Counted from the whole stretch's first letter, positions 34,937 to 48,296 are shown. The stretch is DNA of 60,562 nucleotides, filler included, from Hausera hauseri (GCA_046269625.1; 10 parts of 10 records of this genome joined end to end with filler, not necessarily neighbours in it); one strand, 5' to 3'. Notes: a model not told the origin generated them from the letters alone. A program made the numbers and translations.

Positions 34937-36683
34937 CATTATTTTATCGAATAAGCGCACTCTCTTGATTAAACGCACCCCTCAAATAAACGCACTTCCT
35001 TTGTTACTCCGCTTTTAATAAACGCACTCTCTTAAATAAATGCATCTCTCTTTAACTAGGTAGAATAAACCTTTTCTACAAAAGCAGCTCAAATGATTAT
35101 AATTTTTATTAGATATAATATGCATTAGTTAAGTAATATAATATTGTGATAAGCATGATACAAGTCCAAATACTTAGGTATTGCTAATTGTCAATGTTTA
35201 CAAGAGACCGTAAAATACAAATTTAGTAGTCTGATTTAGTCAAATGCAACCTCCGCATCATCATTAACGTCATAACTTATTTCCTCGTCATCAATGCTGA
35301 TGTCGTTAGAGCACGTAGCAAGACAAATGTTCCAGTTCAGTAGAGATTCACGAGCTGCATTAGCTACTCCTCCAACCTTTGTGCAGTGGACGGCGTCAAC
35401 GTCAGCTGTAGTAATACCACAGGCATCAAAGGATTGAGTGATGGATTCACTAGACAGTAAACACCAAGCCTCTTTTATCATTGCAACTATCTTCTCCTTT
35501 GATGGGACATGCAAGTTGCCTCCAACAGTATATTAGTGGTCACCATTAGCAAGCCAGTCATCATAGAGAGCTCTGTATTTTGCTCCAAATATCTTATTCC
35601 ATGACACATCGGCTGGCTGTAGCAATGTGGTGCATCCACCAGGTATCGCGGCCATCACAGTTTTCTTCGTTTTCGGGCATTCTAGCTGCGTCTGAAATGT
35701 GGAAGCAAACGTGTCCCAAACCAGCATACGCTGACTAAAAACCAATGAACCCCGCACTCTATCCAACCACGACAAAGTTCGTTTTTCATTCATCCATCCA
35801 TTTTCTGACATTTCAATCACGACACCAGTGTCATTTTTAACCCGATTAGAAAATTCTTGCCTTTAAAGACTGAGTGGGGATAGTTTTCTCCCATCGGCCA
35901 TAGCTGACAAACATACAGTAACTCTCCTTCTCGTGACCAGTTGTCTCACGTGGCACTGACTTCACATCAACAACGTCAAAAGTGCTGGCACCCGGCATAT
36001 CAACCCAAATGGCTATTTCATCCATATTTCAAATTGATGATGGGTGAAGACTGTGTATTGAACGCTGTTCAGCACAGAACTTGATTAAATTAATCACTTT
36101 TGGCAGAAGGATTGCTGGTAAAGTTTGTCAAAATGTTGTTCTTTGGCGCAAAGTAAAATTCCATCTTTTCATAAAATTGTTCACCCAGCCAGTACTAGCT
36201 TTGAAGTAGACGTGATTTAAGGTTGTCACAGCTCTATCAGCGATCATTTTTATGATGACACGATGATACTGCTTATGATGATGCAACTCCCACTCAGCAA
36301 TTTCTTCTTCCTGCTCAAACTGAGGCTTACGTCAAGCCTTTTGCGCTTGTTGCTTTGCTTTTCCGCTGATTCCATCATCTTAACCCATTTTTCCTTTTGT
36401 GAGCGCCACCCAATACTCCTTTCGCGGTGAATATTCATTGCCTTTGCAACTGCGTGGTTACCTTCTTTTACAGCTTGTTCAATAACTTTTACTTTGAATG
36501 ATGGTAGGTAATGTACTTTACGTCTTAAATACTGAACCAATTTTGCTTCTTACCTGGTTAATAATGATGTCTGATAAATTAAGATCATTAAATAAACGCA
36601 CCATTTATATACTTAATATATACTTATTATATACTTATACGCAATAAATAAACGCACTGGTGCGCTTATTCGATAAAATACCG
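34937..36683 (-). mobile_element. pogo/Tigger-type DNA transposon, full length, decayed
   Basis: TIRs TATTTTATCGAATAAGCGCAC / GTGCGCTTATTCGATAAAATA flanked by TA on both sides, with repeated AAACGCAC subterminal motifs. Confidence 0.9.
35236..36540 (-). pseudogene. pogo-family transposase (Brinker-like DBD, CENP-B HTH, DDE_1)
   Basis: YLPSFKVKVI, FKASTGW, NMDE, NGWMNE, MLVWD, IPGGCTTLLQPADVSWNK and SFDACGI. Confidence 0.9.
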
Positions 36684-36685
36684 TA

Positions 36686-39600
36686 CTATGATGTCTCACT
36701 TCGGCAATTTTATCGTTCATTTACGGATGAAGCAAAACGATGGCTGGAAGATATGATACACGCGAAAAAATTTTTCAGCGGCCATTTGTGGAGCTATTCG
36801 AATTCTTTTTAACGGATCAAGCCAGAATTCTGTAGCCTGATTTTAAACATAAAAAGGGGAACCAACCGTCGGACGAAGAGGCCATATTATGGTTTAAAAC
36901 TACGTTTATGAAGAAGGTGAAGCTTCTCGATGAGGTAATCGAATTGGCCAGTGTCACAAAGAAGAAAAGTTTTTGACGTCCGATAAAATTTCTGAGCTGA
37001 ACAAAGAAGAATTCGTTCAAGAAGTTCTGAGAAAAGGAATTAGCTAAAACATGCTAAGATAGTGGTTTGTTTTCAAACCAAAAATGATGGTAAAAGAGAT
37101 GAGGAAGGAAGCTAAAAACTTGGAGGATATCCAAACCGTAGAAGAATACGAAGAAGTTGCTCTAGTGAAGAAATCCTTCCAGGATGCGGTAAAGACTCCC
37201 AACAGAAATCTTGGAAAGACACCGTACATGAAACCTATGGAATATGACAGAAGACCGGTTATACACAACTGTGGAACAGAATATCCGAGGAAAGAGGTTC
37301 GAAACCACAAGAAGCCACCTTTCAGTTTGATCAGATAGGACAAGACAGGCTCCGCAAACTCTGCGTATCATGAACCAGAAAGCTCTACTGTCGCGTGAAA
37401 CACTTAGCAGCGTCGAAAGAGGAAGTTCTATCTAATGGTGATTGTTTTTGCTGTGGAAAACATGGGCACATTAGAAGAAACTGCCCTTTAAACAACTTAT
37501 GTTTGATATGTGGAAAAAGTGGATACCGATTTAGAAACTGTTTCAAATTACAACAGGTAAATCCGATATGTGTGAGCATTTCGCCAGTGGAGTTGGCGTA
37601 GAAAATTTACAAAATCGAGATTCAGCAATGGTAATAGGGAAAGACAGACGGTGGTGGAGTAAAATGAGTTTGAACAAGTGTGGATTAGAAATGATGTTGG
37701 ATAGTGTTTCAGAAATCCGTGAAAGATTTGAAAAGCGATAGGACAACATAAGCTAACTAAGTACGCTTTAATATGGAGTGGAGCCTTTTCGAAAAGTGGT
37801 GGTTGTTTGTAGAAGGTAAAAGTCAACGTGGAATGGGATACTGAAGTACATAAGATTGAATTGATAGTACTAACAACAATCGGATTGGAAGCTATTGGGG
37901 CTATAGATATTTTAAAGGCATTTGGTGTGAAATTAATGAAAATCGGCGTTAGTGGATCTCGAACGAGAGATAGCAGCGATAACAACCATGGGAAAACCGG
38001 AAATCGTGGAGGGTCAATTAGTAGTTGTAAAACGCTATGAGGAAATGTTTATGAAACATTAATACGATTTAAGGTTTACGGATCTGGTAAAACATAGAAT
38101 TGAAACTGAGGGTAAACCAATTTTTTTGAATCCTAGAAGGCAATCAGTACATCTGGAAGGTAAATTTTAAGAATTTTTGAAAGACCTGGAGAAAGCGGAT
38201 ATTGTTTGGAAATGCAAAAATGAATGAAATTCGCCTTTAATGGTCGCTCAAAAGAAAGATGGAGGAATCCGAATTTGTTTGGATTTTAGGAAGTTAAATG
38301 AAATAGCAAAGAAAATTTATTCTCCAATGACGGAAAATCAGACATTATTTGATGCGTTAGGCGGTTCAAGAGTTTTCTCAAGTATAGACTTCGGTAAAGC
38401 ATATCACAAAGTTGCGTTGGATGAAGACTCCTAGGAGAAAACAGCTTTTTTCACGAAATCACAACAATATTGTTTCAACCGAGTACCATTTGGCCTCTCA
38501 ATGACCTCTAAAACTTTTCAGCCACTGATAAATACACTATTCGAAGACTTGCTGTTTGCGGATATCGTCATATATTTGAATAATGTGCTGCTTTACTCAA
38601 AGACGATTTTGGAACATTGCAAACTACTAAAAGTGATAATGAAAAAATTGAAAAATGAAAATCTAAAGTGAATCCCAAAAATGTAGATTTGGTGTTTCGG
38701 AGTTGATATTTCTCGGACATACCATTAATAATCATGGAGTGTCAACAAATCAACTAAAAGTTAAAGAGATCCAGAATTCCTCAGTCCCAAAGTCTACGCG
38801 GTCGTTAAGAGCATTTTAGGTCCGGCCAACTATTACAGAAGGTTTATCAAAAATTACGCTCTCATTGCGGTGCCGTTACATCAGGCTTGCAACAGTACGT
38901 GTAAAGAGTTATTTTGGTCAAAGGAGTGTGAAAAAAGTTTCAAACTATTGAAATTGAAGCTATGTGAAGCGCCAATATTAATCTTCATGGATTTAACGAA
39001 GGATTTTATTTTGGATACAGATGCATCGTTTGGTGAAATCGGGGCAGTACTTAACCAACAAATAGGAAACGAAAAAAAGTAGTAGCGTATGCGTCTAGAG
39101 TTTATGCTGCATTTTAAACAATATCTGTATTATAAGCACTTCACGGCTAGAACAGATCATAAGGCATTGGTATATACGAAGACCGCTACCAAACCAATAA
39201 CACCACAATTCCAGACGTGGCTAGAAGACAACAGATTTTTATTTTACACTATAATATAGAAAGGGCGAATGGTATGGAAGTGCAGATGGATTGTTGCGCT
39301 TTTAGAGAATGTAGGCTCAGTGCCAAACAAGACATACCGATCGGAAACAAAGGCACGTGTAAAGCACATTAATTCCTTATTGTTCAGGTCAACCTTGCAA
39401 CGGGAAAAGGACAAACCAAAAAAATGTACAAAAACGCAACATGTAAAATATCGGTTAGACGGCTCAACGATGGAAAACGTACGACTCTCTAAAGAGATTC
39501 TCAATATAATCGATAAATTGGAAATCACAAACGGCTTTGTAGCATATAAAAATCAGAACTACAGTCTACCAGTAATTCTAAAAACATGCGGAAAGATTTC

Positions 39601-40785
39601 ATCCGGAAGATACACTTGGATTTATGCCATATAGGCATGAAGAAGACAAACGATATATTCAACATCACTTCGCAGTTTCGAGTCTACCAATAGAAGTAAA
39701 TGAGATCATTGGAAAATGTGAAGAATGCTTTCGTTGGAAAATCCCAACAGAAAAGACAAAAGAAAAGTTCATTCCTATTAAGGGTGATAATTTTCTGGAC
39801 CAACTGATTACGAATATTGTGTATGTGGGAGACAAAGATAGCATGTATCCATATATGTTGGTTATTATTGATCGGTTTTCAAAGCTGGTGTTTAACAGAA
39901 ATAAGGACGCAGAAGAAACAGTTATCGAGTGCATGTTAGTGAAATGGATTTACAGATTTGGAAAACCGAAGTCAATCTTGACCGACAATGGAAGGGGTTT
40001 TTCGGGAATCAAGTTTGGAGAGTTTTGCAAAGAATACGGAATTTAAAAAATATTCAGCAGTCCGTTTCAACATTAATCTAACGGATTGGCAAAAAGGGTC
40101 ATCCGAACTGTTCTAGATATGTTGATAACCAGTGCTGCAGGAACGTTGGGCAAAGCATGGTGGAAGTCACTACCGAAAATAGAATTTTCGATAAATGCCA
40201 CAGTACAAAGCACAACGGGACACTCACTGTTTGAAATTGTTTTTAAACGAAAAATCAACTTGCACGAAGCTGGAGGAGTCACAAGACAGACCGATAATGG
40301 CAAACTGACACAAAGTATTACAAGATATATTACAGAGGCAGCTAACCGAATGGAAAATTTCGAGGGGGGAGAAGAGAGGGAAACAAAATTTTGAAATTGG
40401 ACAGAAAGTGTTGGTGAAAGTAGACCCTCAGAAAAGAAGAAAATATGCTTATACGGTTCGAAGAACCGTATCAAATAATTCGAAAATTTTGCCGCATCAA
40501 TGGGAGCTGAAAAATATAAAAGATGGTAGAGTGAGTCAAACAGTGGAATGGTTGAAAAGAGTGAACAAGGATCATAAAAGAGAGGGGAAAGTGATTAAAT
40601 ATTAAATAAATATTAATTAAAAGTATTTATTTTTAATAAACTGAAAATTTGTTTCAAATTTGTTATTAATAAATTATATTTCAAACTTTAACTCTGTGAT
40701 ACTCCTGATTTCGATCCGCCGATTCTGCTGAGTAAACCGCTCTTAACTGTCGACCAATCCAAGACCATTGAACGGTGTAATATCA
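36686..40785 (+). mobile_element. Degenerate Ty3/Gypsy element, 5'-truncated (gag-PR-RT-RNase H-IN-PPT-LTR)
   Basis: Two zinc knuckles CFCCGKHGHIRRNC / CLICGKSGYRFRNC, then KKDGGIRICLDFRKLN, FILDTDAS and WIYRFGKPKSILTDNG. Confidence 0.92.
40592..40785 (+). repeat. 3' LTR (~194 bp)
   Basis: Follows the PPT AAAAGAGAGGGGAAAG. Termini are TGAT...ATCA. Confidence 0.7.
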
Positions 40786-40819
40786 GTCCCCCGGACAATA
40801 GCGAATATTTCCGTAAATA

Positions 40820-41215
40820 CTTTATTTTATCGAATAAGCGCACCCTTTTGATTAAACGCACCCCTCAAATAAACGAATTGCCTTCGTTACTCCGCTTTAA
40901 ATAAACGAACTCTCTTGAATAAACGCACCCCTCTTTAACTAGGTAAAATAAAACTACTATTAGAATACTGACAAAAAGCAACTTAAATGATCATAATTTT
41001 ATTAGGTATAATATGCATTAGGTATGTAAAATAATACTACGATAGGCATACTATAAGTCCAAAAACTTAGGTATTGCTCATTGTTAATGTTTACAAGAGA
41101 CCGTAAAATCCTAATTAAGTAGTCTGATTTTGTCACATGCAATCTCCTCATCATCATTAACGTCATCACTTATTTCCTCGTCATCAAAGCTGATGTCGTT
41201 AGAACACGTAGCAAG
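40820..41215 (-). mobile_element. Partial second copy (one TIR + transposase 3' end) of the pogo element
   Basis: Aligns with 34937-35325, including the TIR and the preceding TA. Confidence 0.88.
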
Positions 41216-41459
41216 AAAAGCTTTCAAATATCATGTAATCTCAAACAACTTAAATTTTCCTAACATGCCGAAGAATTTCCTAAATTATTAGTTGTTTTTA
41301 AACGAATATTCTACTTTAGTTCGATTTCCAGTGTGTCGTTCATGTTTAGTCAAAGTATAATGCATAATAGTTCCTTTTCTATGTAAAAATTTTGGCTTTA
41401 AACATGAATGACGACAGATTTACAGTGAATATTAGATGAATATTTATTAGTTGTACAGA

Positions 41460-41780
41460 ATAACAAGAACATTATATCACTCAAATATCAAGTCTTATTA
41501 AACCACTCAAATGTCATGTCTTATTATTTCCTCAAATATCATCATGTAGTGTCACTCAAGTGTTACGTCGTCTATTTCACTGACGTGTCAAGACGTGTCA
41601 CCCAAATCTTATTAAAATCATTCAAATTTCATGTTCTATTATATCGAGCAAATGTCTTTGATGATATGGTCCAAACGTCAAGCTTTATCATATTATTTAA
41701 GTGTGAACTCTTGGTATATGACTCAAACATCAAGTCTTATTACACAACTCAAAATATCATTATCAGTTGCCAAGGTGTGC
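41460..41780. repeat. Degenerate minisatellite
   Basis: Recurring actcaaa(t/c)atca / caagtcttatta motifs. Confidence 0.55.
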
Positions 41781-41996
41781 AATAAAGGCTGTCAGCAAGG
41801 ATCTGGATCTCTCAGGATTCCCGGTGTCCTCAATCATCTATGCTGTTGACCCACTTCCGAGTCACTCACGTAAACCGTTCAGACACTTCATTCTCGATCG
41901 TCCACTATTACTATTTCCTAGTTTTTGTCTTCGGTGGCCAAGTTTTCCAGACCTTCTTTTCTTAAAACATGGCCAATCATAGACGCTTGTCACGTT

Positions 41997-42096
41997 NNNN
42001 NNNNNNNNNNNNNNNNNNNNNNNNNNNNNNNNNNNNNNNNTTAATTAATTAANNNNNNNNNNNNNNNNNNNNNNNNNNNNNNNNNNNNNNNNNNNN
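41997..42096. other. Artificial contig spacer
   Basis: 44N-TTAATTAATTAA-44N. Confidence 0.98.
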
Positions 42097-45073
42097 GGTT
42101 AGAGTGGAACAGTGCGGAACGTACTTATGAATAAAGTGCAAGGTTCCGAGGAAAATACGCATCTCTGTTGATGTACGTGGTAGTTGAATGTTTTTGAGCT
42201 GTGCGATGCGGTCTGGCTGAGGTGAGTGCCCGGAGGAGCTAATGACATATCCTAGGAAGTTGAACTTATGTTGAAAAAAGAGCATTTAGAAAAATTGATT
42301 TGCAAATTGTTTTGGTGCAAGCGTTGGAATATCAAACGTAGGTGTTTGGAGTGCTGCTTCAAGCAGGATGGTGCAATTAAGATATCATCAATATAGGGAT
42401 ATGCAAAGTCTAAACCTTAGAGAACTGTATCAATATGCCTTTGGAACATCTGGGAAGCGCTACGGAGTCCAAAAGGCATAAAGAGATACTCGAAAAGGCC
42501 GAAAGGTGTAATGACAGCTGTTTTCAGAATGTCTGCTGAGGCCACCAGAATTTGGTGGTATGATTTGTGTAGATCAATGCAGGAAAAGATGGTTGCACCA
42601 TGGAGCCTGTGAAAGATATCGTTGATTAATGGTAGAGGGTAGGCATCCATTTTTGTTATGGTATTGAGTTGGGGGTAATCACCGCATGTGAAAAAAATGC
42701 CACCTGTTTTTGGAACCACATGTACTGGTGAAGACCAAGGGGATTTTGTTCTTCTGATTATGCCCGATCTTTCCAGTTCGTGGAACTCAGCCTCCACTGC
42801 CTGTCTGCGACGAGGCAATAGCGGACGAACCTTTTTACGTATTGGTTTCTGATTTGCTGTTACTATGTGATGAAAGGTGGATTGAGGTAGTACGAATGAT
42901 TTTCCCTTCTGCAATAGACGCGTGCAGGAAGACGAAATGTATTGCTGTAGTCAGAAGGCAAGGAGGCGACGTTATCTGATTGTGTAGATGCATCGTGACT
43001 AGTTGCAGTCGCGGTATGAGTTGTAGACAAGGTTTTGTGACTGGGTGGTATTTGGTGCAGGATGTTCGTGTTGAAGATGGTGTTAGCAGCTGTGCTATTA
43101 GTAATAGGTGCCACGCAATCGGCAATGTCGTATTTGTTACCGTAGTAAAAATTTCTGTACAATAAGTGATTGTAAAAATAATTCAAATCGGAAGTCGTTT
43201 TCTTCAGTACTGAGCTTCTGGAAGCGATCGCCTGGGTGGTCACCGAAATGCTGCTAATTTGATTAAAATTATTTCCGCACTTTAAGGAACATTGTTTGCA
43301 TTCTACAAGTAAATTGTAGTGGGACAGAAAGTGTAAACCCAATGTAGGTGTGCGTGCATTGGCTATTGTAAATTTCCACGTGAATGTGTTTGTGAAGTGT
43401 GGAAGAGTTAATATTAATTTGGTAACTCCAAAAATTTGTAAAGGTTCACCGGATGCAGTGAACAGTTGCTTTTTTGAGGTGAAATTGTTTTGCATATGTT
43501 GTGTTGATGGCAGTAGCGATATTGCTGCGCCGGTGTCAATAAGAAAGTTAATGTTTTGCTGTGTTGAAGTGACGACTGCTGCTTCCAACGTGAATGCAGC
43601 AAAGGAAATATATCGGCTATCTTTTTGCAGGTTAGTGCCTTTGCTAGGACGTGCCGTGTGTCCTAGCGGCGAAATCAGTTTTTTGTAGTTGGTGAGTTTT
43701 GCCTACTGTGCTGTGTGAATTTAGTAATGTTGGTTTTATTGTGTGCGTTGTAGTTGCAGCCAAGTAGGCATTTTTGTGCTTTTATGCCAAATTTTGATTG
43801 ATAGATGCAAACGATGTTGCTTGAATTAAAATCAGTGGAATACAATTTACAACCGATGCGGCACTTCTGAGCATTGTTACCAAATTTGATATGATAATAG
43901 CAAATAGACGACCGCGCGGGCGAAGACGACCGTCTTTGACGTTGATTAAATACATTAGGGGAAGCAGGCCTAAAAAAACTTCGTCGAGGCAGCGTTAATT
44001 TGTTTAATTTTTCGTTTATGGTGTTGATTGTCTTTTGTAACATTTCATTTTCCGTGCGTAATTGCGCAATTTGTTGCTGCAGCATTGCGTTTTGTTGTTG
44101 TTGGTCTGTTGTTAATACTGCAGAGATAGTTGGTGTTGTGTGTTAGTGCAGTACTTCGTGTGCTTTGTCTGACAGCTCGGCTAGCTTGTTCAGAGCCGTG
44201 CAGTCTTCGACCACGGTAAGCAAAGCTCTTATTTGAAGGGGCAATGCATTTGAAAAGTAGCGACGAATAAGTTCGGGACTGTGCTCAGATGTTACGCCAA
44301 GGGTGTTAAGGTGAGACAAGGATGTGCGTAAAATTTAAAAGGCTTCTGAAGGCCCATGGCGTTGTCGTTATAGAATCTTTGAATGATTGAATCGATTGAC
44401 GATTCAGCAAGCTTGAGAACAGCATTGTAAATTTGAGCATATGGATCGAAGTGCTAAAAGATTTTAATGATGTTGGTAATTTTAGTTTTAATGGAAGCTG
44501 GTAAGTGGAAAAAAGGATGTTGGCTTTGGATAAAGAGTGGACGACATTTTGTGATTGGAGCCAAAATTGATGCATTTTTAGCCAAGTTTGAGTACAGTTT
44601 TGGCTGTCGAGGAAGTATTCGGTGCAGGGTGAATGAGTTAGAAGTGTGTTGTGTAGGGGTGTTTGAAGCGCTTTGTTTGGATAAATGAATGATTGGAATC
44701 TGTGGTTTGGTGCGTTTGTCCGTGGTATCAATTGTGGGTGACGAATCCATGCCACCACGGATAAGGAAATGAATGTGAAAGCAGACGCAAGTTGTAGAAA
44801 GTTGGAGGAGTTCAGCGAAAGGTACTACACACCCATTGTATGTGAGGTAGAAGTCAGAGGAGTGGAGTAGGGTAGAGATGAAATTATGAATGGTTGCAGT
44901 GTGTAAATGCAATGCTGTGTATGTGGGTATATATTTGTTATGTAGAAAAAAAGATGGAGTAGGGAGAGGTGATATGCCCGGGAGCGTGTTGTGGGGCGGC
45001 AACAAAAGGCGCCGTCTGACCTAATTGCGCAGAGTGGTCGGCCGGGACCTCAGCCTCGCCGAGGTGTGCCTCA
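42097..45073 (-). mobile_element. Degenerate Ty3/Gypsy element (5' LTR-gag-PR-RT), same family as 1-4160
   Basis: Gag from ~44750 with CYYHIKFGNNAQKC, then FLIDTGAAISLLP, SPWSSPVHVVPK, MPFGLRSASQMFQR and YIDD. A GC-rich LTR-like segment ends at 45073 (TGAGGCA...TACCTCA, ~44843-45073, tentative). Confidence 0.92.
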
Positions 45074-45249
45074 AATTTTGGGGTATCCGTGTTTCCCTTC
45101 AAAGGTCCTTCTCTAACGTGCCAGTGCACAAAACTCGTTTTAGAAAATAAAGTGTCAAAGAACATACAGAGGGTATTGGTGGCAGAAATCCCGACTTTTC
45201 GAGCTTTTGAGTTTCATAATATCAACATATCCTTTTTCCAAAAGAGAAA

Positions 45250-45900
45250 CTGCAGCTGTAGATGGCGATGAAGGTGGACCTGATGGTGGAGTGAGAGATG
45301 TTTCTTGAGAATTTATATAATGAGAGGTAAGTGGTTGAGATGCTGCTGTTGACAGATCCAATACAGTTTCTATTACTGTGGAATCTCCAAACTAATATTG
45401 AAGAGTGACTGTAAGAATTGTGAACACGTATTTGGATAACTCACAACGATACTTATGGACTAGACGATTATACAAACATAGAGCAAATCCAAAATCGCTT
45501 TTACGATCATGCAAACAAGCTTCAAGTGCAACTGCTAAAGTATATTGATCAATTTTATTCCCCTCCTCCAAATGTTTATCGAGCATAAGGAAACATTCCT
45601 TCATTAATCCGGCTCTGGTCATAGCCAACAACAGTGAATTCGTTGCTGCCAATTCTTTACATGTGTTTTAAAAGGAACACTGTATGTAACAGTAGATGGT
45701 GAAATTCCAATTTCTTTTTCACGGTAGAAAATTCTAAATGCTGCTTGACTATACCTGTGCTTGTCATCATCATCTGCTAATATTAGATCTAAGTTACTTT
45801 TTCTAACACGCTTCTTAAAATGCGGTTCAGAAATCAATTTTGATTCATCAAATTTATCCAGCTTATAGGCCTGATTTTCTTCGGCTAAATTCATGGAGAA
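45250..45900 (-). pseudogene. PTCD1: Pentatricopeptide-repeat protein fragment, PTCD1-like, frameshifted
   Basis: AAFRIFYREKEIGISPSTVTYS, NSLLLAMTRAGLMKECFLML and ACLHDRKSDFGFALCLYNRL...QY*FGDSTV parallel the PTCD1 segments GCIQDKKTGFRYALQVW...DCGLGDP, as recalled from memory. Confidence 0.68.
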
Positions 45901-46680
45901 ACTATTTTGTGCAGCAAGTGTTCGGGCATTTCTGCTGGCCTGTTCGGTAGTCGTGCAGACATTTGCCACCGAGAAACAGCACCTGGGACAGGAATCTGTC
46001 AACAAAGGCGGACTATGAGTAAGTAAGGGTTTTATAAATGTGCATTCGAGTTTTGCAAAATATTTTATAAGAAGAGCTTTCTTTTTATGCCGTTCATTGG
46101 ACACAACCTTTGCCGACGAGTTTGTATTAACATTCGTGTCGATAAGATATACTGACACGGAGCTCGTTGGGGTTATTTTACAGATACTAGACTGTGACGG
46201 TGTTGTACGCAGAACTATGGAGCTGCTAGGAATACAGGAGTTTTTTATAGACAGAATCTTTGTGGGCCCATAGGAATCGGTACCAAGAGTAACGGAGCTA
46301 CGCAACTTAGACAAATTAATTTTACTCCGTTGAGCATGCATCTGATTCATGACCTTAGACGCCATGTTGTCAAAAACTTTAACAGTTCCCGGCGTTCCAA
46401 AGCCACTAGAGGAATGGATTGTCGATGGGAAATAGAACTGATCTGAATGTTGTGTGGGAGTCTGATTCATGCTGTGAATGACCGATGGATTGTTATCATC
46501 TGAACAAAATGACCGGTTTATAATGAGCGAATGGGCCGCACGTACTGGAATTAGTGTGTTGTACATGCCAAACAACGTCATACCACCGTTTGTCTGATTG
46601 GTCTGTAAAAATTCTGGCGGAGTCAGCTCCATTGAGTCGAGATTTTTGTCTTTCTGATCTTCATTGTTGCTGCTTGGCAT
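45619..46680 (-). CDS. 353-aa ORF: Ser/Thr-rich N-terminus running into the PTCD1-like PPR segment
   Basis: ATG-started long ORF. Only the last ~60 aa are recognisable. Confidence 0.4.
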   Translation of the reverse strand: MPSSNNEDQKDKNLDSMELTPPEFLQTNQTNGGMTLFGMYNTLIPVRAAHSLIINRSFCSDDNNPSVIHSMNQTPTQHSDQFYFPSTIHSSSGFGTPGTVKVFDNMASKVMNQMHAQRSKINLSKLRSSVTLGTDSYGPTKILSIKNSCIPSSSIVLRTTPSQSSICKITPTSSVSVYLIDTNVNTNSSAKVVSNERHKKKALLIKYFAKLECTFIKPLLTHSPPLLTDSCPRCCFSVANVCTTTEQASRNARTLAAQNSFSMNLAEENQAYKLDKFDESKLISEPHFKKRVRKSNLDLILADDDDKHRYSQAAFRIFYREKEIGISPSTVTYSVPFKTHVKNWQQRIHCCWL

Positions 46681-47228
46681 GTACAGAGCGAAATTGTTTG
46701 ACAGATTATTATACGGAGAAATACCGAGTTTAAAAAATGTTTGAAAGAAATTTATTGGTTGAAGTGCCCATTCATACGCTTGACATATGATACGGCTAAC
46801 ATTCGTTTAATTTACATTTCGTTTAAAATCTTCGTGATATTTTTGTATTCGTTTCGTAAAATATTTCGGATATGCAGCAAAACACGAACTTTCAACGCAA
46901 TGATTATAATGAGGATGAGGAGGCAGAGGAAATAACAAGACATTGTCCTTTATTGCTTTTTTAAGCATCCTGACGGTAACGAATTGAAGGCGCCCGTCGT
47001 ACACAAGTATAGAAAATGTGTGTGGAAAATATGTACAATATATCACACAGTTATGGTACTTCTCGCATACTGACACACGGCATTAGCACACACGCATTGT
47101 TTTGTTCCATGATATTCTTGAGCTTTTTGAAAAGGAGGTAATATGCTCCATTTTGCTTTCAGATAAAGTCATTGTATACTCTTATTTCTTTACGATCGAC
47201 TGGCTACAGAAGTTAAGAATTGGTCGTG

Positions 47229-47387
47229 TGTTGTGACGAACATATTGGACACATTGGTTCAAATATCAAGTGGTTTATTTGAGTTGCGGTTAACCAGTCA
47301 AATCGTTGGGCCCGACTCGACGGCAGCGAAAGCCCGGCCGTGCCCAACCAAATGGGCCATAGGGCACCGGCCGCTGTGGGCACCACA
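47229..47387 (-). repeat. Solo LTR (~159 bp) of the short-LTR Gypsy family
   Basis: Minus strand TGTGGTG...CACAACA with an internal AATAAA. Its 5' half matches the LTR at 20256. No TSD recognised. Confidence 0.72.
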
Positions 47388-47499
47388 ATGAATATACAGA
47401 AAAACTATCGAAATGTATTGATTTCATGCATACATTCCCAATGCATGCAGTCTCCCCGCATTTTCCCGGTGATTTCCCAAAAATTTTGAAAAGAAAAGT

Positions 47500-48030
47500 T
47501 TTGAAATCAATTGTTTTGGATTAGCCATTTTGTGCAGAATTTAATTCCACATCGACTGTTACCTATATTTCTCGGACAAAAATGTTTCTGATGTGTGCTA
47601 CAGCACAAAATAAGTGCTAGCACAAAATTGTGAAAAGCTATAAACATTTCCTCAACACAAAACGTGTAGAGAATTTAATTCTGCGTCGATTGGTATAAGT
47701 TTCATAAGTTAAACCGATTTACATGACCGATTGTTAATGAAAAAAATTTCTATATATTAAACTTAAAAATTTTTTGAAAATTATTTCATTTAATTCTTAT
47801 CGAGAAAGTCTTTTTGTAAAGTAAATAAAATTCTTTTAATACATTTATCTTGTGCAAAATTTAATCCCGCATCGACTGGTGCATAAATTAAATTATTTTG
47901 TGTTATCTAAGTTGTGCCGCAGCACAAAATTGTGCAATTTTTTCACTTTTTGCACTTTTCAGTCAAGAAACCACCATACTTTTATTAAAGATTCTTGTAA
48001 AGAATAAAATTTTACATCTCTTATATCACA
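47500..48030. repeat. Diverged AT-rich repeat array
   Basis: tgt..a.aatttaat.c..c.tcga.tg recurs at ~47532, ~47665 and ~47852, and weakly at ~47997. Confidence 0.6.
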
Positions 48031-48196
48031 ACAATTTTATTCAAATTTTGCTTAGTGTTTGAACTGAATTGAAAAACTGTTAAATTTTGACTCAAAATCG
48101 TTGCATCATCTCTACACACATGAATAATCACTGCACACATATGTGTTATATATCATTCGAAAGCTGGGAAACGGGACATTAGACGGGTGTTACTTG

Positions 48197-48296
48197 NNNN
48201 NNNNNNNNNNNNNNNNNNNNNNNNNNNNNNNNNNNNNNNNTTAATTAATTAANNNNNNNNNNNNNNNNNNNNNNNNNNNNNNNNNNNNNNNNNNNN
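48197..48296. other. Artificial contig spacer
   Basis: 44N-TTAATTAATTAA-44N. Confidence 0.98.

Noticed and set aside
41460-41780. Short repeats with variable intervening sequence, as a possible CRISPR-like array
   Set aside because: The repeats are degenerate and irregularly spaced, the context is eukaryotic, and there are no cas genes.
45035-45073. GC-rich stem resembling part of an HDV-like ribozyme; CTGATGA words elsewhere as possible hammerhead cores
   Set aside because: I could not build the full nested pseudoknot or find matching GAAA and stems by eye. An Infernal search would settle it.
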